DNA of 29,761 bases. It comes from a virus (Duplodnaviria; Caudoviricetes). This document shows, in pieces, positions 25,201 through 29,761 of the stretch (the first letter of the stretch is position 1; each line of letters opens with the position of its first letter). The notes under the pieces are model-generated. The model made no database searches, was not told the origin of the DNA, and saw only the letters and a list, made by a program, of their open reading frames with translations. The DNA lies in IMG/VR virus record IMGVR_UViG_3300044267_003698, positions 1 through 29,761 of that record. One strand, 5' to 3'. The position numbers and the translations under genes were made by a program.

Positions 25201-28159
25201 TGTATAGCGCCCCTTGCGCCTGCTCGATGTCTTTTGTTATTCTAGCGGGAAGTTCGTTGCTTAATCTATTCTCTATGTAACGCGCTCTCTTTGCTTGTAT
25301 TTCAGAGCGAGACAATCCTTGTTCAGCCCATTTTTTCTCTAGCCTGGGGAGGGCACCCTCAATCGAATCCATAAGGTCCTTGCGAACCATGTCTTCTTGG
25401 GCCTTTCTAAGCTCAACCAACAGAGGCTCGGTTGACGCAGACCTTTGCACGGTAACCGCATGCGGGCCTCCGCCTTGGTCTGAGAGAGCCTCAACATAGG
25501 CCGGGTAAAGCTCATCAAACTCAACCAGCCTTCCCTCGTCGCGAACACTTCTAGCCGAAGCGCCATCCATTACATCTTGAAAGTATGCGTCGTCTGCCAC
25601 ACGCGCCGCGACCGGGGGCCTCGGAACTGCGACAGGCGAAGGTCTAGGAAGAGGCGGAGGGCCCTGGGCAGGCAAAGGCGGTGGACCTTGAGTCGGAAGC
25701 GGCGGGGGCACAGGGGCTTCTGGGCGCGGCAGCGGGGGAGGTCCAGGTGGCGCATCATCAAAAGCTGGCCTGCCTGGGACGGTAGCATCATCGAATACTG
25801 GCCTGCCTGGGACGGTGACGTCTTGTCGAGGCGCAGCAGGTCTAGCGTCTGATGCCGACCCTGATAAATCCATTCTGCTTTGGCGAGGAAAGCTTACATA
25901 GCTAGAAGGGCTTCCTGGTGTAGACTGGGCCGGAACGTCGAGTGTTCCTGCTAACGCCGCTCTATCTTGCGCAGGCACTCTTAGCAGGTCACCGTCTTCA
26001 GCGAGCCTTTTAATTGCATCGTAGTAAGACCCGTTTGTTCTTTGCACGGTTGCAATGACCGCATCGTAACCCAGCGCGTTTAGAAACTCTTGAGACAGGA
26101 CCTCTTTGGGAACCGTATCAAGAGCATCCATTTCTTTTATGACGTCTGCGGCACTCGCGTTTTCCCCAATGGATTCTCTTAGTTTAGCCTTTTGCTGGTT
26201 ATACAAATTCTTTGCATCTTCTGCCCTCTCAAGCTTGCGAGTAACGCGGTACTCTGGACCCGTAGGTCTAATAAGAAAGTTCTGTAGGGCCGTCATGAAT
26301 TTGCCGACTGGAGCCATTGCTGCACCGACTTGCTGCAATGCAGGTCCATATAGTTGATATCCAGGCAACGCCTGGGCAGCTATCTTTACCGGCGCAAACA
26401 TGAGTGCGCCATCCACCTGGTTGAGGACCCCGGTGATTAGCTCGTACCGGCTTACTTGTTTTCCACGCATTGCCTCTGGCACGTAGGGTTTGTTTGGTGC
26501 CGTTACCATTTTCTTTTGCAGATGCGACTTTAAGACAGGGCTCATCTTAAGCGCTCGCGCTGCCCCGGTAAACGTCATCAACGTAAACAAGGGGTCTGAC
26601 TCAAACGCTTCTACAGGGTTGGTTGCAGCGTTATAAATGCTGGCACCCATCGCCTGGACCATGTTTCTAACCGTGTCGGCACGCTTGCCGGAACGCATAA
26701 GGTCGTACTCTTTTGTCGTAAGAGGGCGGAATACGCCTCGGTTCCTCATGTCTGCAATGACTGACCGTTTGACTATTTCTGGAACGTCGTCCCCAAGCAA
26801 CCCGTAGGTTTCCCAAATCAACTGGCCCAAGCCAACTACCATCTCACCAATGTTTTTCGCAAAGTTGAGGGGAAGGCTGTCTTGGCCTCGCTTTCCTACC
26901 CGTTTTTTTTCAGCAACCAGTGCCTGGGCAAATGCTGCGCTTCCAGCATCTTCAGAGCGGTCAAAGAAGCCTGGCTGAAAACCAGTCCAGTCAGTGGGTA
27001 GCGACCTGTAAACACCCTGTACTATGCCTTCTCCTGCTCTAGCGACAGGGGTTCCAAGAAGATACGTGCCAAGCGCCCCCATTGGGCCTCCCGATAGAAA
27101 CCCTACTGCCGCTTTTCCTAGGCCACCCTTGCTTGGCGCTTTCTCATCAACGCCATACCTGTCTAGCGATTTGCCTTCAAGGGACGCTCTTCGCTCGTCT
27201 TCTACCGTTTTGTCCGATGCCAGGCGGTACGCGCCCAGCTTCTTTAGGTAAGGGTTAATGATTGCCTTGGCGTCTTCGCTGTACTCTTTGTCGTACCTGC
27301 CATCGTAGAAGTCGTCTACGATTCCTTCTGCGGTACTTAACAATAGCCGGTCAGTTTCTTCTTTCGACTTGTCTTGCAGTAATAACCCAAACCCTCTCTT
27401 CTCTAGCATCTCCCTTGCGGCACCCATCAGTTCTCGCGAGGGTTTAGACCTTAGCTTTAGAAAGGCCTCTTTAAGGTTGTCTGCCCGCCTAGCGTCCTCA
27501 CTTTTTACCGGCTGCCCTGGCGCAGACGCCATTTCCCCTTTGCCAATCATGCGGTCGACAAAAGCTGCTTGTCCTATAGCCGTGCGGTTAAAAAGGCTAA
27601 GAGGAACGCTTACTGACTCTAAAGCCTTACGCGCAGCAAGCGCAACTTTCTCTGAGTCATAGGTGCCTTTCTTTCGCATCTCAAGTATTCTGCGCGCTAT
27701 CTCTTCTCTTGCTTGCTCAGGAAATGGCGTTGGTGTGCGCGTTGGTGTAATCGGCTTTTTGTACCGAAGGCTTGTCTGTGCAAGCTGGTAAGGAAACACA
27801 GCATCGTCAGCCCCCATGCTTTCGTTTGCTTTGGGTGGCTCTGGCTCTGGTTGCTTTGCCGAGCGAAACAAAGGGTCATCCGTTTGCTTTACCGGAGCCC
27901 CAAGCTGTCTTGCCAATCTTCTTGCTGCCTGCACACCAGGCGCAAGCTGCTCGCCTATTTTCTTTCTTCTTAGAAGCTCACGGTACACTTCGCCGGCACG
28001 CTCGTGTCCCCTAGTCTTTTCTTCAATCGGAGTAAGAAGCTCAAGAAGTTCGCTTTGCTTCTTAAACCTTTTACGGCGTCTCGCTTTCTTAGATTTGACC
28101 CCCCTTCCAACGCGGTCAATATACTCCCCAAGCAGCTCAGGACCTTTTTTGTTGCTCAT
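22283..28159 (-). CDS. Very large internal virion / DNA-ejection-like protein
   Basis: 1958 aa, Ala/Gly/charged and helical; C-terminal FDYS...PFYSW pattern typical of podovirus-like ejection proteins; precedes lysis genes. Confidence 0.65.
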   Translation of the reverse strand: MSNKKGPELLGEYIDRVGRGVKSKKARRRKRFKKQSELLELLTPIEEKTRGHERAGEVYRELLRRKKIGEQLAPGVQAARRLARQLGAPVKQTDDPLFRSAKQPEPEPPKANESMGADDAVFPYQLAQTSLRYKKPITPTRTPTPFPEQAREEIARRILEMRKKGTYDSEKVALAARKALESVSVPLSLFNRTAIGQAAFVDRMIGKGEMASAPGQPVKSEDARRADNLKEAFLKLRSKPSRELMGAAREMLEKRGFGLLLQDKSKEETDRLLLSTAEGIVDDFYDGRYDKEYSEDAKAIINPYLKKLGAYRLASDKTVEDERRASLEGKSLDRYGVDEKAPSKGGLGKAAVGFLSGGPMGALGTYLLGTPVARAGEGIVQGVYRSLPTDWTGFQPGFFDRSEDAGSAAFAQALVAEKKRVGKRGQDSLPLNFAKNIGEMVVGLGQLIWETYGLLGDDVPEIVKRSVIADMRNRGVFRPLTTKEYDLMRSGKRADTVRNMVQAMGASIYNAATNPVEAFESDPLFTLMTFTGAARALKMSPVLKSHLQKKMVTAPNKPYVPEAMRGKQVSRYELITGVLNQVDGALMFAPVKIAAQALPGYQLYGPALQQVGAAMAPVGKFMTALQNFLIRPTGPEYRVTRKLERAEDAKNLYNQQKAKLRESIGENASAADVIKEMDALDTVPKEVLSQEFLNALGYDAVIATVQRTNGSYYDAIKRLAEDGDLLRVPAQDRAALAGTLDVPAQSTPGSPSSYVSFPRQSRMDLSGSASDARPAAPRQDVTVPGRPVFDDATVPGRPAFDDAPPGPPPLPRPEAPVPPPLPTQGPPPLPAQGPPPLPRPSPVAVPRPPVAARVADDAYFQDVMDGASARSVRDEGRLVEFDELYPAYVEALSDQGGGPHAVTVQRSASTEPLLVELRKAQEDMVRKDLMDSIEGALPRLEKKWAEQGLSRSEIQAKRARYIENRLSNELPARITKDIEQAQGALYKETLDAKGNVQYEGVRGKPGSPKYVKGRPVVNTDVISQSDIPVMVLDEGVLRAEPVHTSSYGAMLDPTTGAPRQGVNPARQSIAHVIAGLESGKPFQVAASNAETARYLQSLTPKPSTPAGGLGAVTSSDGLIGALMEGRRKTAETLERGREFLFGERQRTRISPEVEATILNPQTRAQGLAQLIDDTDFVSSQILAKERRLMLEEEIANSAGAISEKYQGQVTAATDATLAGRSPEDVGLRPATAEQKKWLGFDEGSNLYIQPEVQDFIKFDRRWRAAFGGGAAGKGLLKMASSSWKAMMTAMNPVTFAGNFISNLALRAMVDGNVTPIGLLEATGVYNRYKSGALQRQIRQARSQKNNAMAEKLELDMAMIKEWEKAGWGDFTSVEVRQALGKGVADKFGKWLAEASDADAAQAFSRVMQGTATAADNLMVRTASKGLNLWKGALTKMETAYRLSDVWFKLERGLIVGRLLDKGLKTMGKQKTLTFDVSPERSMTIYKDINGNFRLNNQRGRKLSPKQVSSLLAEAGRLAGNRLYFDYSKVSGLNRLLRETGVDFFASPFYSWFWKAMWVPGLKEGLAKHIINGGLSGIKSTDPNVTKLIGAGKARQARGRLGVVLSSQMARQLPESEVDKLRMLSGYGPTKDSPFMGLLIKGPGGMTRFMMNRFEVSGAQIPLFRLLGKATMSLRGKEAAGSSLDGSIQDFITEGSPQRAALDSIVAARVKSGPSDLTERERRERTPKFLRLERIVDAARTLADPEKRLKIVEEVRSALPSLGNKASDLAVIFGLQVGGAGPLIAETVRSWGPSSNAILSPYLTAQLIGMATGSKMVGDIATKTFKDGGNVTQAVREYIGIRDDSYLGKKYQIDVQNYVNKSLDKLASEWKKSLQTTPYTPRTDKDKVDLEAIKRRNLAVGWAVDAEIELLRMGIKKELESLGYEPASKKEVAILPQKSTRELDREAMRELDERWAKRK
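25752..25817. repeat. 33-bp tandem duplication within the large virion gene
   Basis: GCATCATCAAAAGCTGGCCTGCCTGGGACGGTA / GCATCATCGAATACTGGCCTGCCTGGGACGGTG; encodes TVPGRP(V/A)FDDA x2. Confidence 0.85.
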
Positions 28160-28162
28160 ATC

Positions 28163-29761
28163 CTAACCCCTTGGAGTCGAGTCGTCGTCTTCTTCAAGGC
28201 TTTTTCTTAGCTTCTCCTCTTCAATCTCAACTCGACGATTCTGTATCATAAGGAGGCTGTCTTTATAGTCTTTTTGCTCTCCAGATTTACTCTGTTGCTG
28301 TGCCGCTTTTTGAAGTCTATCTAGGGTAACGGTGTTTGCAGACTTTTGCGCTTTTCTGCGCTTGCTAAGAAGCTCTGGAGTCGGCTTAACCCCTTCCTTT
28401 AATTCGACCGTGTAAAAGGTTGCGGCTAATGGGTTCCTATCATCACCAGGTTTAATGGGAACAAGCTTTAGCCTTGGGTCAAGCTTTCTTGGGGCGCTTC
28501 TGCCGCGCCCTGGCATTGCCCTTCGCAGGATTTTCCACGCCCTCGCCGATGTAAGCTGAGTCTTTGCTCTCAAGAGCGGAATGTTCTCTGCCTTCTCTGC
28601 CGCTTGAGTCTTTCTTAGAAGTGCCTGCGCCTCGATGTTGCGACCCTCTGCCAGAAGTTTTCTTACCTTGAGAAGGGCAAGTCTTCTTTGCGATTCGGTC
28701 ATAGGAGCAGGCAGCTCTCTTAAGACGTACTGCTCACCTGCACGCGCACCAGACTCGCCCGCTATGGTTCCAAGCAATCCTGGTGGCATCTCGTATTCAC
28801 CACGAGCCCTTGCCGCTGCACCGAGGCGACGGATGTCAGCCGGTGTCTTGGCTAGCTTGCGAATAGCCCTTAGCTCAGTAAGCGAGTACTGAGACAGGTC
28901 TTCAGGCAATGCGCTATCTCCACGCGCTGCCTTGCGGTCTGTGACGTTCTTCTCTCGGAACATCTTTCCAAGCTGGGCAATGTCAATCCTGCCATCCTTC
29001 ATCGGCACCTTAACGCCACCAACCTCTCCAGGTATGGTTGGCATCGGGGGTCCAGGCTCCTGACCCAGACGAGCACCCTCTGGCACAGGAAGGACGGTGG
29101 GCGTCATCGCTGGCATGTCTGATGGTCGCTCAGGAAGGTCAGCAGGCTCAGGCCGCAAGAACGATGACTCGAGTTTTGTCTCTGGAATAGAGGGAACGCT
29201 AGCAGGAAGTACCCTGTCTGGAGGGGCGTCACCTTGAACAAAAGGCCCTCCTATGCGTTCGTCTCTTAGCTTTCGGTTTTGTTCTTCAATCGTTCTTATA
29301 ATCGGATTATTATCTACCGCCGCGCCCTTGCCGGTCGAAGTAAACCCTGGCATCAGTTGCCTTGCTATTACCTCGCGTATACCTGCCTTTCTTGCCTCAG
29401 ACGGAATGGGCGGAGAGGGGTCCTCGCCAGGAACCTTAAGCATTGGACTTAAGCTCGGGTCCAGCTTTAGCTGGGGGCTAGGTACGCCGGTTAGTGCCCT
29501 TGGGGTAACTGTGGTCCTAAACCTTGGCCTTCCCAGGGTTCTATCAAAATAAGATGTCTCTCGCTCTTGCCACGGAGACTCCGTTAAATCGAAGTCATAT
29601 ACATTGGGTATCGGGCCTCTTGTGGTTTTTCTCGGAGTGCTAAAGCCCATCCGAGGGAACGGCTCTCCACCAAGAGGCACGACTGGCTTAGAGTCTTTTT
29701 GAGGCGCAAAGAATTGTGTGCCAGGAAGGATGCCTGTCTGTGGCAAACCCGGTCCAGACAT
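28163..29761 (-). CDS. Pro-rich putative internal virion protein, probably 5'-truncated
   Basis: Open to the window edge; Pro-rich first half, basic helical second half. Confidence 0.6.
   Translation of the reverse strand: MSGPGLPQTGILPGTQFFAPQKDSKPVVPLGGEPFPRMGFSTPRKTTRGPIPNVYDFDLTESPWQERETSYFDRTLGRPRFRTTVTPRALTGVPSPQLKLDPSLSPMLKVPGEDPSPPIPSEARKAGIREVIARQLMPGFTSTGKGAAVDNNPIIRTIEEQNRKLRDERIGGPFVQGDAPPDRVLPASVPSIPETKLESSFLRPEPADLPERPSDMPAMTPTVLPVPEGARLGQEPGPPMPTIPGEVGGVKVPMKDGRIDIAQLGKMFREKNVTDRKAARGDSALPEDLSQYSLTELRAIRKLAKTPADIRRLGAAARARGEYEMPPGLLGTIAGESGARAGEQYVLRELPAPMTESQRRLALLKVRKLLAEGRNIEAQALLRKTQAAEKAENIPLLRAKTQLTSARAWKILRRAMPGRGRSAPRKLDPRLKLVPIKPGDDRNPLAATFYTVELKEGVKPTPELLSKRRKAQKSANTVTLDRLQKAAQQQSKSGEQKDYKDSLLMIQNRRVEIEEEKLRKSLEEDDDSTPRG

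Noticed and set aside
25752-25817. DGR template/variable repeat
   Set aside because: Adjacent in-frame tandem duplication and no reverse transcriptase in the window.

Overview
The whole window is tailed-phage (Caudoviricetes, probably podovirus-like) DNA with no host genes. Both edges fall inside one minus-strand late operon, which fits a circular or permuted genome. Left arm (minus): TerS-like HTH, RHH protein, TerL, scaffold, major capsid protein, small basic proteins, portal, head-tail adaptor and a tail nozzle-like gene running off the edge. Middle: a structured non-coding region (11.7-12.3 kb), a plus-strand early/accessory operon (12.3-15.5 kb), an HTH regulator, a repeat-rich intergenic region, a minus-strand replication module (initiator, DnaC-like loader, RusA, SLT-like enzyme) and a plus-strand recombination module (Gp157-like, Rad52-like SSAP, SSB). 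Right arm (minus): two large internal-virion-like proteins and a lysis cassette (M15 peptidase, holin-like proteins, lipoprotein). The most unusual signals are (1) an intergenic three-way-junction RNA at 19037-19113 whose loop is exactly complementary to an identical RBS leader of both early transcription units, (2) five consecutive early-gene junctions sharing one 18-nt SD/start/stop motif, and (3) an apparently overprinted gene spanning the TerS/RHH junction. Protein assignments come from motif recognition and gene context only; no searches were run.
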